Assembly (NCBI GenBank): GCA_039586795.1
Contig: JBDHJS010000027.1
Location: 1-64,000, forward strand
Source: Gemmatimonadota bacterium
GTDB taxonomy: Bacteria > Gemmatimonadota > Gemmatimonadetes > Palauibacterales > KS3-K002
Direction of reading: 5' to 3'
Length of the DNA stretch: 64,000 bases
The first letter of the stretch is position 1; every line of letters begins with the position of its first letter. The notes beneath the pieces were generated by a model, which worked only from the letters and a program-made list of their open reading frames with translations, had not been told where the DNA came from and searched no databases. Shown here piece after piece: positions 34,236-43,624 of this stretch. Position numbers and translations under genes: made by a program.

Positions 34236-34613
34236 CTATTCATCCTCGGCGTAGAGGAGGCGGAGCATCTCCGCCAGTTCGTCCGATCCCACGTTCAGCA
34301 GCCGCGCCTGGTCCACCGCCTCGGCCAGCCTCTCCTCCACCGCCTTCATGCGCTTCTCCCGCAGAAACTCCGGATTCTGCGCCGCTACGAACGTTCCCTT
34401 GCCGCCCACCGTGTTGATGAACCCTTCCCGCTCCAGCTCTTCATAAGACCGCTTCGTCGTGATCACGCTGATCTGAAGGTCGCGGGCCAACTTGCGTATC
34501 GATGGGAGCTGGTCTCCCTCTGATAGCTCGCCGCTCAGGATCTGCGCGCGGATCTGCTGCAGGATCTGCTCGTAGATCGGGTCGGGCGACGCGTTGGAGA
34601 TGACGATCCTCAT
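34236..34613 (-). CDS. GntR family (YtrA subfamily) transcriptional regulator
   Basis: PIYEQI, LPSIRKLA and GKGTFV motifs; 125 aa; heads an ABC operon. Confidence 0.93.
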   Translation of the reverse strand: MRIVISNASPDPIYEQILQQIRAQILSGELSEGDQLPSIRKLARDLQISVITTKRSYEELEREGFINTVGGKGTFVAAQNPEFLREKRMKAVEERLAEAVDQARLLNVGSDELAEMLRLLYAEDE

Positions 34614-34651
34614 CGGCAACTCGGGTTCAGTGGATTCGGCCGCGGCGTACC

Positions 34652-34703
34652 TACTGTACATACCGTCTATACACAGTATAGGGGCCAGGACTCTCAAGGT
34701 CAA
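34652..34703 (-). promoter_or_regulatory. Promoter TTGACC-N17-TATACT with overlapping YtrA-type operator
   Basis: -35 at 34698-34703, -10 at 34675-34680; imperfect palindrome TACTGTACATA-ccgtc-TATACACAGTA at 34652-34678. Confidence 0.75.
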
Positions 34704-34755
34704 GCCCTGGCGGTTTGAAACACTGAGAAATGGCGCCACGTAAGGACGGTCAGAC

Positions 34756-34780
34756 CTTCTCCTAGCTAATCTAGGAGAAG
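34756..34780. promoter_or_regulatory. Palindrome upstream of the PadR gene (probable PadR operator)
   Basis: CTTCTCCTAG-ctaat-CTAGGAGAAG, perfect 10-bp arms. Confidence 0.7.
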
Positions 34781-34827
34781 CTGACTATACTGGAGCCGGG
34801 GCACCCACAACGCGCTAGAGGACGCCG

Positions 34828-35169
34828 ATGCTGATCACCAAAGAACTCCTCCCCGGCACACTCGATATGCTGATCCTCAAGGCCCTTTCGCTCGGACCCA
34901 ACCACGGGTACGGGGTCTTGCTGAGGATTGAGCAGACATCGGAGGGGCTGCTGAGTCTGGAGCAAGGCTCGCTCTATCCGGCGCTCAACCGGATGGAGCA
35001 CAAGGGGTTGATCTCATCGGAGTGGGGGATTTCGGAGAACAACCGTCGCGCGAAGTTTTATCAGCTGACGCTGACGGGCGAGAAACGACTTGCCCACGAG
35101 ACGTTGCGCTGGACGCAGATGATCCAGGCGGTCTCCAACGTCCTTGGCGCTCTTCCGAGTGAGGCATGA
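34828..35169 (+). CDS. PadR family regulator (acidobacterial type)
   Basis: GTLDMLILKAL, HGYG, GSLYPALNRME and WGISENNRRAKFY motifs; precedes an ADOP permease. Confidence 0.93.
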   Translation: MLITKELLPGTLDMLILKALSLGPNHGYGVLLRIEQTSEGLLSLEQGSLYPALNRMEHKGLISSEWGISENNRRAKFYQLTLTGEKRLAHETLRWTQMIQAVSNVLGALPSEA

Positions 35170-35172
35170 GCC

Positions 35173-37824
35173 ATGTTTAGTCGAATCAAATCCGCTTTCG
35201 ATGCGCTGTTCCACGGCGCCCGGTTCCGCCAGGAACTCGACGAAGAGATGGCATTTCATATAGACGCGCTGACGGAGGACCTGATCAGGTCGGGGATGAG
35301 TCCGGAGGAGGCGCGTCGTCAGGCTCGAATTCGCTTTGGCAGCGTTGAGGGCGTGCAGTCCCGCAGCCGCGAGGCTCGAGGCGTTCACCTGATCGACGAA
35401 GCTGTGCGTAACCTGCGGTTCGCGTTCCGCAGTTTGGTGCGTAACCCGCTTTTCACGGCGACCTTCGTGATAACATTGGGGCTGTGCATCGGAGCCGGCA
35501 CGGCGGTCTACAGCGTGGTGGACGCTGTGCTCTGGCGGCCATTGCCGTATCCGGATTCGGATCGCCTGGCGCTAGCGGTGCAGTTCGACCCAGCCCTTGG
35601 AATCGACCCCGGCAGGTTGGCGATTACAGGGGCGGTGTGGGAGCGCATTCGCGATGGCGGCGATTTCTTGGAAGACAAGGCCCCATTTCGCGACTGGCCG
35701 ACCGGAGTGAACCTCACGGCAGATGGCGTAGCCTCTTTCGTGCAGCAGCAACGGGTGGCAGCGGGGTTCTTCCGTACGCTCGGCGTCTCTCCTCTCATTG
35801 GCCGGGAGTTCGGATCGGCCGAAGACGTGCCCGGTGGTGCGGCGGTGACGATGCTGAGTTACGAGCTCTGGACGCGGACGTTCGAGCAGGACCCTGACGT
35901 CGTCGGTCGGACGATACGGTTGAAAGGCGAGGCGCACACCGTGGTTGGGGTGATGCCGCAAGGGTTTCAGTCGAGCAGTCCCGCCGATCTCTGGACACCC
36001 CTGCGCCCTTCGCGAACAGGTGAGGGGAGTGGGTCAAACTATCGGCTCCTTGTACGCTTGCCCGAAGGGATGAACTGGGCCGAGGCGCAGACTCGCATGG
36101 GGAATATCGATACGGGGCCGCCCCCGGCGGAAGACGCGCCAGAGCGCCAGTACGGCCTCATCCCCCTCAACCGCGCGCTTACCTGGGGAATGCGCCAGCC
36201 GCTGTTGATGCTTTTGGGCGCGATCCTCGTGATGTTGCTGGTAGGCTGCGCGAACCTGGCGGGGTTGCAGATTGCCCGAGCGCTGGCGCGCCGACCCGAG
36301 ATCGCCACCCGGCAGGCGCTCGGCGGAGGCACGGGGGCCATCCTGCGGCAGGTGGTGACGGAGAATGTCGTCCTCGGTCTGCTGGGGGGTCTCGCAGGAC
36401 TGGCTTTTGCCGGCTATGGGATAAAAGGCCTCGAAGCGCTGATGCGCGCCTCCTTCGATACCTGGCAGACGTTCCAGATGGATGGTCGCGTCATCGCTGC
36501 CGGCGCCGGCTTCACAGCTCTGGCAACGCTCTTCTTCGGTCTCGCCCCGATGTTGCAGGTGCGCAGGTTCGATGTGCGTGGTGTGCTGGCCGGCTCGTCA
36601 CGAAGCGTGATGGGAGGCAGCGCTCACCATCTGCGCAAGGCGTTGCTGGTTGGCCAGGTTGCGCTCGTTACCGCGCTGCTCTTCGGCGCGGGGCTTCTAC
36701 TGCGCAGCTACGCCCGCCTGGACCGGCTTGATCCCGGATTCGACCCGAGCGGCGTGATCTCGGCGCAGTTCTCTCTGAACGACGCACGATACGGAAGTGC
36801 GGAAGACGTTAATCGCTTCTTCGACGAGAGTCTGGCCAGAATCCGTAGCGCGCCCGGGGTGGTCAGTGCCGCCGTGGCGCTGACGCTACCCTACGAGCGG
36901 CCGCTCAACATGCCGTTCAAAATCGTAGGGGTGGAGGATCCTCCCGGTAGTTATCGGATAGTAAACGTCGTGTATGTGACGCCGGGCTTCTTCGAGACGA
37001 TGGGGATCCCACTTCTCAGAGGACGCGATCTCAGCGCGGCGGATATCGGAGAACGGCCGCCGGTTGCGGTGGCAAATCAGGCGTTTCTCGAGGCCAACTC
37101 CGCGGATGATGTGGGGATCGGCACGCGCATCGCGTTCAGCAGCCGTGAGTGGGAGATCGTCGGGATCTCTGGCGGTGTGCTGCAGGCCCCCGGGTGGGGG
37201 TCAACGCAACCCGTCTGGAAGTCGCCGACGCTGTACGTGGCGGCTGCCCAGGCAGGGAACGGTCTCTTTGGGACCCACATCTGGTTTTCGCCGAGCTGGC
37301 TGGTGAAGACCACCGGTAGCCCCGCTGGACTCGCGGCGGCGGTGACGAACGCTGTCCGAGATGTCGATCCCAATCTGCCGGTCGCCCGACTCGCCTCGGT
37401 GGAAGAGGTGATGAAGGCAGCCCTCGCGCGTCAGCGCTTCGAGGCGGTGTTCTTGGTCGTCGTTGCCGCCTTCGCCTTGCTGCTTGCCGTCATCGGTCTT
37501 TACGGCATCGTCGCGAACGAGGTGGTCGAACGCACGCCGGAGATGGGTCTGCGGATGGCCCTCGGTGCGGCGCCCGGCAAAGCTGTCTGGATTATCGGTG
37601 CCCGCGGCTTGCGACTGACCGTCATTGGGCTGGCCTTGGGGGCTGGACTGGCGGCGTTGAGTTCGTCGTGGCTACGCAGCGCGGTCTGGGGCATCGTTTC
37701 TTACGACCCGCTCACGGTGGTATTCGTTGTGCTGTGCATGTCGGCGCTGGCTGCGGTCGCAAGTTTCCTGCCGGCCGCGCGGATCGCGCGGTTGGAGCCA
37801 TCGCGGATTTTGCGCGAGGAGTAG
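35173..37824 (+). CDS. ADOP-type duplicated ABC permease with permease-prefix domain
   Basis: ELDEEMAFH...GMSPEEARRQARIRFG prefix; CANLAGL and RTPEMGLRMALGA motifs. Confidence 0.93.
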   Translation: MFSRIKSAFDALFHGARFRQELDEEMAFHIDALTEDLIRSGMSPEEARRQARIRFGSVEGVQSRSREARGVHLIDEAVRNLRFAFRSLVRNPLFTATFVITLGLCIGAGTAVYSVVDAVLWRPLPYPDSDRLALAVQFDPALGIDPGRLAITGAVWERIRDGGDFLEDKAPFRDWPTGVNLTADGVASFVQQQRVAAGFFRTLGVSPLIGREFGSAEDVPGGAAVTMLSYELWTRTFEQDPDVVGRTIRLKGEAHTVVGVMPQGFQSSSPADLWTPLRPSRTGEGSGSNYRLLVRLPEGMNWAEAQTRMGNIDTGPPPAEDAPERQYGLIPLNRALTWGMRQPLLMLLGAILVMLLVGCANLAGLQIARALARRPEIATRQALGGGTGAILRQVVTENVVLGLLGGLAGLAFAGYGIKGLEALMRASFDTWQTFQMDGRVIAAGAGFTALATLFFGLAPMLQVRRFDVRGVLAGSSRSVMGGSAHHLRKALLVGQVALVTALLFGAGLLLRSYARLDRLDPGFDPSGVISAQFSLNDARYGSAEDVNRFFDESLARIRSAPGVVSAAVALTLPYERPLNMPFKIVGVEDPPGSYRIVNVVYVTPGFFETMGIPLLRGRDLSAADIGERPPVAVANQAFLEANSADDVGIGTRIAFSSREWEIVGISGGVLQAPGWGSTQPVWKSPTLYVAAAQAGNGLFGTHIWFSPSWLVKTTGSPAGLAAAVTNAVRDVDPNLPVARLASVEEVMKAALARQRFEAVFLVVVAAFALLLAVIGLYGIVANEVVERTPEMGLRMALGAAPGKAVWIIGARGLRLTVIGLALGAGLAALSSSWLRSAVWGIVSYDPLTVVFVVLCMSALAAVASFLPAARIARLEPSRILREE

Positions 37825-37831
37825 GAAGGTA

Positions 37832-37864
37832 GGATTCGGTCGGGGTCGGCGGTCCGCCGACCCC
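37832..37864. repeat. REP-like palindromic repeat or hairpin between convergent genes
   Basis: ggggtcggcgg-t-ccgccgacccc inverted repeat; reverse complement of 37832-37856 resembles 43546-43571. Confidence 0.6.
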
Positions 37865-37883
37865 TCCTTGACCCGCCTAATGC

Positions 37884-39566
37884 TCAGCGGGCGGCGATCC
37901 TTCGTGAGGCCTCGGCAGCGTAGAGGCGGACTTCCCAGTCGGTGTCTTCCTCCGAGGCTCGCTCCAAAGCCTCCAGGCAATCTGTAGAGCCGATCTGCAA
38001 AAGCGCGGCGACGGCCGACCGTCGCACCCAAGGCTTCTCGTCGTCCAGGCGCTCTAAGAGAAGAGGCACCCCGTCCGCTGACCCTAGGATCCCCAGCGCC
38101 TCTATGGCCGCGGCGCGTACCCAGGTGTCGGGGTCGTGGATCAACTCCTCAGCTCGCTCGATCACCTCTTCGGCGCCCAACTCGGCCAGCGTGCGTAGGG
38201 CCTGCATTCGGACCCACATCTCAGGATCGTCCAGCCGGCGAGTGACCGGCTCTACGCAATCCGTTGAGCCGATGGCGGCCAGCGAACCGAGGGCATACCC
38301 ACGAACATTGTCCACCGAGTCCTCTAACGCGGCGACCAGAGCGGGGACGGCCTTTGCAGAGCGGAATGTCCCGAGCTGGTTGGCGGCGTTAATGCGCAGC
38401 TCGATCTGGTCGCTCTGGAGAAGCGTGATGAAGTAGTCCACCGCGGGCTCGCCGTACGATGCCAGCTCGTTCGCGAGAAAGTACTTCCGACGCGGGTGCG
38501 GTTCCGCGATCATTCGGTCGACCAGCGCTTCCATCTCCGCTCGTTGCGCCGATGGTGCGACGATGCCGACCGTTCTCTTCACGCCGCCGGCATAGAACAG
38601 GCCGGACGCGCCGATCAGCAGAACGGCGTACAGACCGACGACGATCGCGACCTCACGCTTTCTGTTGGGCTCCTCCTTCTTGAAGAACAGCCGAGTCGGA
38701 AATGCGAAGGCTCTCTCGATGAACTTCGGGACTGGAAACAGGAATGGAGCGCTGCGTCTGTAGTTCTCGTACTCTTCGCCGTGTCGCTTCCGCATGTGCA
38801 GCTCTTCCATCATCGCCACCCCGATGATCACCAGCGTCGAGAGCAGCCAGGGCAGACTGGCATCGATACCCCACGAGCGCTTCGGGTAAAGTCCCTGTAG
38901 CAGTAGCAGGTAGACGCCGTAACTCCAGAGAATCCAACCCAGGTATTGGGGGTGTCGGGAGAGACGGTATATCCAGAAGTCCGCCACACCCTGCTTGCGC
39001 GCACGGGCGGAAAGCCAGGCGAACGTGCCCAGGAAGAAGATCAGCAGACCGCTTCCGAGGAAGAAATAGACGATAGGCCAGTAGCCGCTGATCCCAACTG
39101 AGCGAAACAGCCACATCAGAAGATCGTAAGGGGCTCGAATGATCAAACCCAGTCTCTGCAAGTCGTACGATATGTCGAGGACCGGCAGCCAGAGAATGTT
39201 CAGCACGCCGAGCCCGGAGAGAAAGAACATCACGCCGGCGAATTGGGCGAACACCGGTAGCATGAAACCGAGGGCGCCCAGCGCCGCCAGCCCCGTGCGC
39301 CTGGTGGAAAACCCGACGACGATCGCCGCTACCATCAAGGCGAAGCAGATGTAGCCGATCAACCGCAAGTGGAAATGTGAGATGAACAGCTCGGTCTGCA
39401 GCCTGCTCATATCATCGCGGTGAGAATCGAGGTTGGGTGTGGTGATGGCATCGATCAGGACGTCATCTACGAGATATGGCAACTCCACCGTCACGAAGGT
39501 CAACCCGATCGTGAAAACGGCGGCCAGGAAAACCAAGAACGCGGTGCGCGCAACTCGAGACTTCAT
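37884..39566 (-). CDS. Membrane protein: ICMT/PEMT-like methyltransferase domain fused to HEAT repeats
   Basis: IYRLSRHPQYLG and EELHMRKRHGEEYENY motifs; C-terminal VR..A..ALG..G HEAT/PBS-lyase repeats. Confidence 0.85.
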   Translation of the reverse strand: MKSRVARTAFLVFLAAVFTIGLTFVTVELPYLVDDVLIDAITTPNLDSHRDDMSRLQTELFISHFHLRLIGYICFALMVAAIVVGFSTRRTGLAALGALGFMLPVFAQFAGVMFFLSGLGVLNILWLPVLDISYDLQRLGLIIRAPYDLLMWLFRSVGISGYWPIVYFFLGSGLLIFFLGTFAWLSARARKQGVADFWIYRLSRHPQYLGWILWSYGVYLLLLQGLYPKRSWGIDASLPWLLSTLVIIGVAMMEELHMRKRHGEEYENYRRSAPFLFPVPKFIERAFAFPTRLFFKKEEPNRKREVAIVVGLYAVLLIGASGLFYAGGVKRTVGIVAPSAQRAEMEALVDRMIAEPHPRRKYFLANELASYGEPAVDYFITLLQSDQIELRINAANQLGTFRSAKAVPALVAALEDSVDNVRGYALGSLAAIGSTDCVEPVTRRLDDPEMWVRMQALRTLAELGAEEVIERAEELIHDPDTWVRAAAIEALGILGSADGVPLLLERLDDEKPWVRRSAVAALLQIGSTDCLEALERASEEDTDWEVRLYAAEASRRIAAR

Positions 39567-39724
39567 CGGTCGGATCTCCTCCCGGTTCGACTACGTCGCT
39601 GATCCCATCTACCCCTGCAGACGTCCCGCTTCCCGTTCTTTGCACAGGCAATGGCGAAGCCAGCCGGCCGACCAGGAGGCCGCGAAACGTAAACCATTGA
39701 CATATATCGACTTATGGCGAGAGA

Positions 39725-40015
39725 ATGACAACCGGGCGGGCTGAGGCGACCGTCGCCGTGTGCATCTGTACACGCTCACGGCAGGGAGCCGTGTACGTGT
39801 GGACACAGCCTGGAGCTCCGGTCGTGATAGCCGACTAGGATCTGCCCACCGCCAACTTGATCGTCTTCGTGCGGGAGCTCGTGGAGGTTGCTTCCAGCGG
39901 AAGGTCGAGTTGCCTCACCGCGACAGGAAACGAGAACGAAGCGCAGCAAGTCCGTGGTCGACGAGCGGTCCGTCGATCCCGACCCCCCATGATCTCTAAA
40001 GCCGTTTGCCGCTAG
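39725..40015 (+). pseudogene. Possible decayed response-regulator receiver domain remnant
   Basis: Frame reads ...PVVIAD*DLPTANLIVFVREL...CLTATGNENEAQQVRGRRA, with in-frame TAG at 39836-39838; resembles REC beta3-D-x-x-LP and beta4-T-A patterns. Confidence 0.4.
39966..39985 (+). repeat. 20-bp direct repeat, copy A
   Basis: cggtccgtcgatcccgaccc, identical at 43546-43565. Confidence 0.85.
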
Positions 40016-43000
40016 CGGCGTATCCCCGCCGACACCCCAACCGGATCATCCTGCCAATAGTCCGGCATGACCAGCGCCCGCTGCCGCGGCCAGATCTCGT
40101 CAAGCGACTCGCCGTCATACAACCGACCGTTCATCATCACATGACTGATCGTGTTGGTATTCCGCAGATCGTCCAGCGGGTTGCCGTTCAGCACGACCAG
40201 ATCGGCGAGCTTTCCGACTTCAATCGAGCCGACATCCTGGTCGAGTCCGATCGCTTCGGCGCCGATGATCGTTGCCGCCCGCAGCGCGTCATGGTTCGAC
40301 ATGCCCCCGGAAGCGACCGACCAGAGCTCCCAGTGGTAACCCAGTCCCTGCAGCTGGCCGTGGCTTCCAATGCCCACGCGACCGCCCGCCTCCATCACCT
40401 TTTTGAGAGCGACGCCATGCTCGGTGAAGACGTACTCTTCCGGCAGGAACCACTGCCCGCGACGCCGCGTCACCTGGTCGATCACGCTGTGCGGCGTGAA
40501 GCGACGCAGTTTCGCGTCATCGTGAGGGTTCTCGTTCTCGTAGTAGTAGTTCTCCGAAAAGGGGCCGCCGTAGGCTACCAATAGCGTCGGCGAGTACGTC
40601 ATCTTGCTGGCGGCGGTGAGATCGATGACGTCTTTGAACACCGGGTAGACAGGCCACGAGTGCTCCTGGCCCGGGTAGCCGTCGATGATCATGGTCAACT
40701 CGTAGGCGAAACGGAGACCGCCTTCAGTGGTCGGCATCAGGCCCTGATCCTTGGCCGCCATGATCACCCACTGCCGCTGTTGCCGGTTGCCCGCCATGTA
40801 CATCTTGATCGTCTTGGTGTCGTAGTACTCGGAGTAGCGCTTGAGGATCTTGCGCGCGTCATCCAGAGAACTGATCGGACTCGTGATGTAGTCGCCGAAC
40901 ACGCCGGGCCCGGTGGAGTAGACGCGCGGCCCGATCATGCGGCCCGCTGTCACCATGTCGCCGTAGGTAAGCACGTCGGTGCTGCTGGTCTGCGGGTCGC
41001 GAGTCGCCGTCACGCCATAGGCGAGGTTGGCCAGGTACTGCCAATCTTGAGTCTTGTGAATCCCCCACGCCGGCCACATGTGCGCGTGCGTATCGACAAA
41101 GCCCGGCACGATGGTCTGGCCCGACACATCGATGACCTGCGCGTCCCCCGGCGCGTCCACCGACCCACTCCGTCCCACCGCAACGATACGATTGTCCCGC
41201 ACGACGATATCCGCATCATCGATCACTTCATCACCGACCATCGTGATGACCCGCGCCCCTCGCAGCACGACAACACCCCGCGGAATATCACGCGCCGCCT
41301 CGATGATGACCCTCACCTCCAGCGGCTGATACGCCGCCTCTTCTTCGTCATCATCCTCCTGCTCCTGCTCGTCCTCCTGATCGTTCTGCTGCTCCTGCTC
41401 GACCTCACCCTCACCCTCGTCTTCTTCCTCCAACTCCGCCGCTGCCTCAACGCTATCCTCAAACGCCTTCGCCGCATCTAAGTCATAGACCGCATGCGCG
41501 TTCCCAATCGACCAATGCAATTTTCGCCCGTCAGCCCCCCAAACCGGGAACTGCCCGCCAATATCCGTCACCTGCCGAGCCGGAAACGCCGCGCTCTCCG
41601 GGTTGGTCAACGAGATGCTCGGCGTCTCGCCGCCGATGTAGGGCACCGTGACCGCATAGATTTGATTGTCCAGCAGCACCAACGCCTGGTCACCGACGGG
41701 AGCCATCAGAATGACGCTGGGCCGGTTGGGTTGGCTGGCTCCGGGCCGCCGGTGACCTGTCGCCTTCAGGTACGCCTTCTCATCCGTCCCGTCCCAGCGA
41801 ATCGAGATCAGGCCCTTGCTGCCGTGGTACAGGTAGATCCGGTCGGTTTCGTCGGTGAAGTGAGGCGCGCCGCGCCCTTCCGTCGGCGCGATCACAACCG
41901 GCATGCCGCCATCGGCGCTTATCCAGACCAGGTCCTCTGCGGCTCCAGGTGCGAAAGGTCCGGTGGATTCCCGGTAGGCCCGGGCCGGCCCGCGGATGGC
42001 GACGATTCGTTCGCCGTCCGGCGCCCATGCGAGCTGCTGGTAGATGCCGTTTTGCTCGGTGAGCCGCCGGGGATCGCCGCTACCATTGGAGCGCACCTTG
42101 TATATATGACCGCCCTCATCGGACCAGGTGGCGTAGGCGATCCAGCGGCCGTCCGGCGACCAGGTCGGCTCCGCTTCCGTGACCTCCATGTCGGTCAAGC
42201 GGCGCGGCGTTCCGTCGGGCCAGTCCATCACGTAGAGCCGGTCCAGCGCGCTGAAAGCTAGCGATGACGCGTCAGGTGAGGGTACAGCGTCGCGTATCTC
42301 CCGGACGGTGAACTGCGGCGAGTCCTCGATCGGGTAGTCGAACTCGACCAGCGGACCGATCTCCAGATCGATCGAGACGTGGAAGGGGATCTCGGCCACG
42401 CCTTCGCCTGACACCGGGATGCGCCAGATCTTGCCGGCGTACGAGGCCACCAGCTCCCGGGAGTCCGGCGTGAACGACATGCCGGGGAGCACGTCGCGAT
42501 CGGCGATGGACTCTTGTTCGTCGTGCTGGACCGGGTAGGCCAGCCATCGCTCGTCACCCGTCTCAAGATCCCGGATGCGAAGCCCTGTCTGGTCCTCGAA
42601 TCGCGTGCCGTAGACCAGCCAGCGACCGTTGGGCGAGATCGTCGGCCGCAGGGCGGAGCCGTAGCGCGATGTACGTGAGTAACGCTCGCCGGTGTCGCGG
42701 TCGTACACCTCCAGCTGGTACTGCGGCAGCATGGCGTTGTAGTTCCAGCTGCCGCTGCGTCGCGCGTACCAGATATGGCGGCCGTCCGGCGTGAACGCGG
42801 CGCCCAACGTCTTCACGTTGTCGGGCTCCCCGACGATCACCTTGCCGGAGCCGCCGTCGATGTGGCCGATCCACAACTGGACGACACCGAGCCGCGAGTT
42901 CGAGCGTGAGGCGACGACGTACTTGCCGTCCGGCGCCCACTCGGGTGACGCGTACCCGTTGTTCTTCCCCTTGGTGAGCTGCGCCGTGTCGCCCGTCGCC

Positions 43001-43413
43001 ACCTCGATGGTCCACAGGTTCTCGCCGCCGGAGCGGTCGGAGACGAAAAGGACTTTGGAACCGTCGGGGCTGAACCGCGGAGATGCATCGAACGCCATCC
43101 CGCTGGTCAGCTGAGTCGCCTCGCCCCCCTCCATCGGCAGCAGGTAGAGGTCGCCCAGGAGGTCGAAGACCAGGGTCGCGCCATCTGGACTCACGTCCAA
43201 CGAGATCCAGGTCCCCTCATCGGTGTCTATGGCGACGGTACGAGCCGCCTCCAGCGGCAGGTTCTCGTTCTTCTTTTCTTCCTTGGTGGTATCGGCTTGG
43301 GCCGTATCCTGATCCTGCCAGGCCGGAAGCGCGTTGCGCGCCGGTCCGTCAGCAGCCGCAACCGACACCAAGAAGACGAGAGCGATCGTAAGACTCAGAC
43401 AAGTGCGATACAT
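40012..43413 (-). CDS. Secreted amidohydrolase with PD40/TolB-like propellers (paralog of 17135..20410)
   Basis: EGTWISLDVSPDG, PGFVDTHAH, GSHGQLQG and GSIEVGKLADLVVL motifs; signal peptide from ATG 43413. Confidence 0.92.
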   Translation of the reverse strand: MYRTCLSLTIALVFLVSVAAADGPARNALPAWQDQDTAQADTTKEEKKNENLPLEAARTVAIDTDEGTWISLDVSPDGATLVFDLLGDLYLLPMEGGEATQLTSGMAFDASPRFSPDGSKVLFVSDRSGGENLWTIEVATGDTAQLTKGKNNGYASPEWAPDGKYVVASRSNSRLGVVQLWIGHIDGGSGKVIVGEPDNVKTLGAAFTPDGRHIWYARRSGSWNYNAMLPQYQLEVYDRDTGERYSRTSRYGSALRPTISPNGRWLVYGTRFEDQTGLRIRDLETGDERWLAYPVQHDEQESIADRDVLPGMSFTPDSRELVASYAGKIWRIPVSGEGVAEIPFHVSIDLEIGPLVEFDYPIEDSPQFTVREIRDAVPSPDASSLAFSALDRLYVMDWPDGTPRRLTDMEVTEAEPTWSPDGRWIAYATWSDEGGHIYKVRSNGSGDPRRLTEQNGIYQQLAWAPDGERIVAIRGPARAYRESTGPFAPGAAEDLVWISADGGMPVVIAPTEGRGAPHFTDETDRIYLYHGSKGLISIRWDGTDEKAYLKATGHRRPGASQPNRPSVILMAPVGDQALVLLDNQIYAVTVPYIGGETPSISLTNPESAAFPARQVTDIGGQFPVWGADGRKLHWSIGNAHAVYDLDAAKAFEDSVEAAAELEEEDEGEGEVEQEQQNDQEDEQEQEDDDEEEAAYQPLEVRVIIEAARDIPRGVVVLRGARVITMVGDEVIDDADIVVRDNRIVAVGRSGSVDAPGDAQVIDVSGQTIVPGFVDTHAHMWPAWGIHKTQDWQYLANLAYGVTATRDPQTSSTDVLTYGDMVTAGRMIGPRVYSTGPGVFGDYITSPISSLDDARKILKRYSEYYDTKTIKMYMAGNRQQRQWVIMAAKDQGLMPTTEGGLRFAYELTMIIDGYPGQEHSWPVYPVFKDVIDLTAASKMTYSPTLLVAYGGPFSENYYYENENPHDDAKLRRFTPHSVIDQVTRRRGQWFLPEEYVFTEHGVALKKVMEAGGRVGIGSHGQLQGLGYHWELWSVASGGMSNHDALRAATIIGAEAIGLDQDVGSIEVGKLADLVVLNGNPLDDLRNTNTISHVMMNGRLYDGESLDEIWPRQRALVMPDYWQDDPVGVSAGIRR

Positions 43414-43545
43414 AGATGCCCCCATGGGTCGGATAGGAGACGCAGTCCTGGGTGGTTTGACGAGACAAGATCGACTTTGGCCCAACCGGCGGCAAGAGAC
43501 ATCGCCTGTGCAGCAGGGAGGGATCGCCGCGGAGGCCGGAGCGAT

Positions 43546-43565
43546 CGGTCCGTCGATCCCGACCC
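43546..43565 (+). repeat. 20-bp direct repeat, copy B
   Basis: cggtccgtcgatcccgaccc. Confidence 0.85.
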
Positions 43566-43624
43566 GAATCCATCAAATCTCCGAACAGCGTGCAACCTTT
43601 TTGGTACAGGAACCGTCTGATTAA

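Noticed and set aside
39736..39921. 6S-like or other structured ncRNA (TGAGGCGAC/GTTGCCTCA long-range stem)
   Set aside because: Such stems are expected by chance in GC-rich DNA, the fold is branched rather than rod-like, and a decayed REC frame explains the region at least as well. Not fully excluded.
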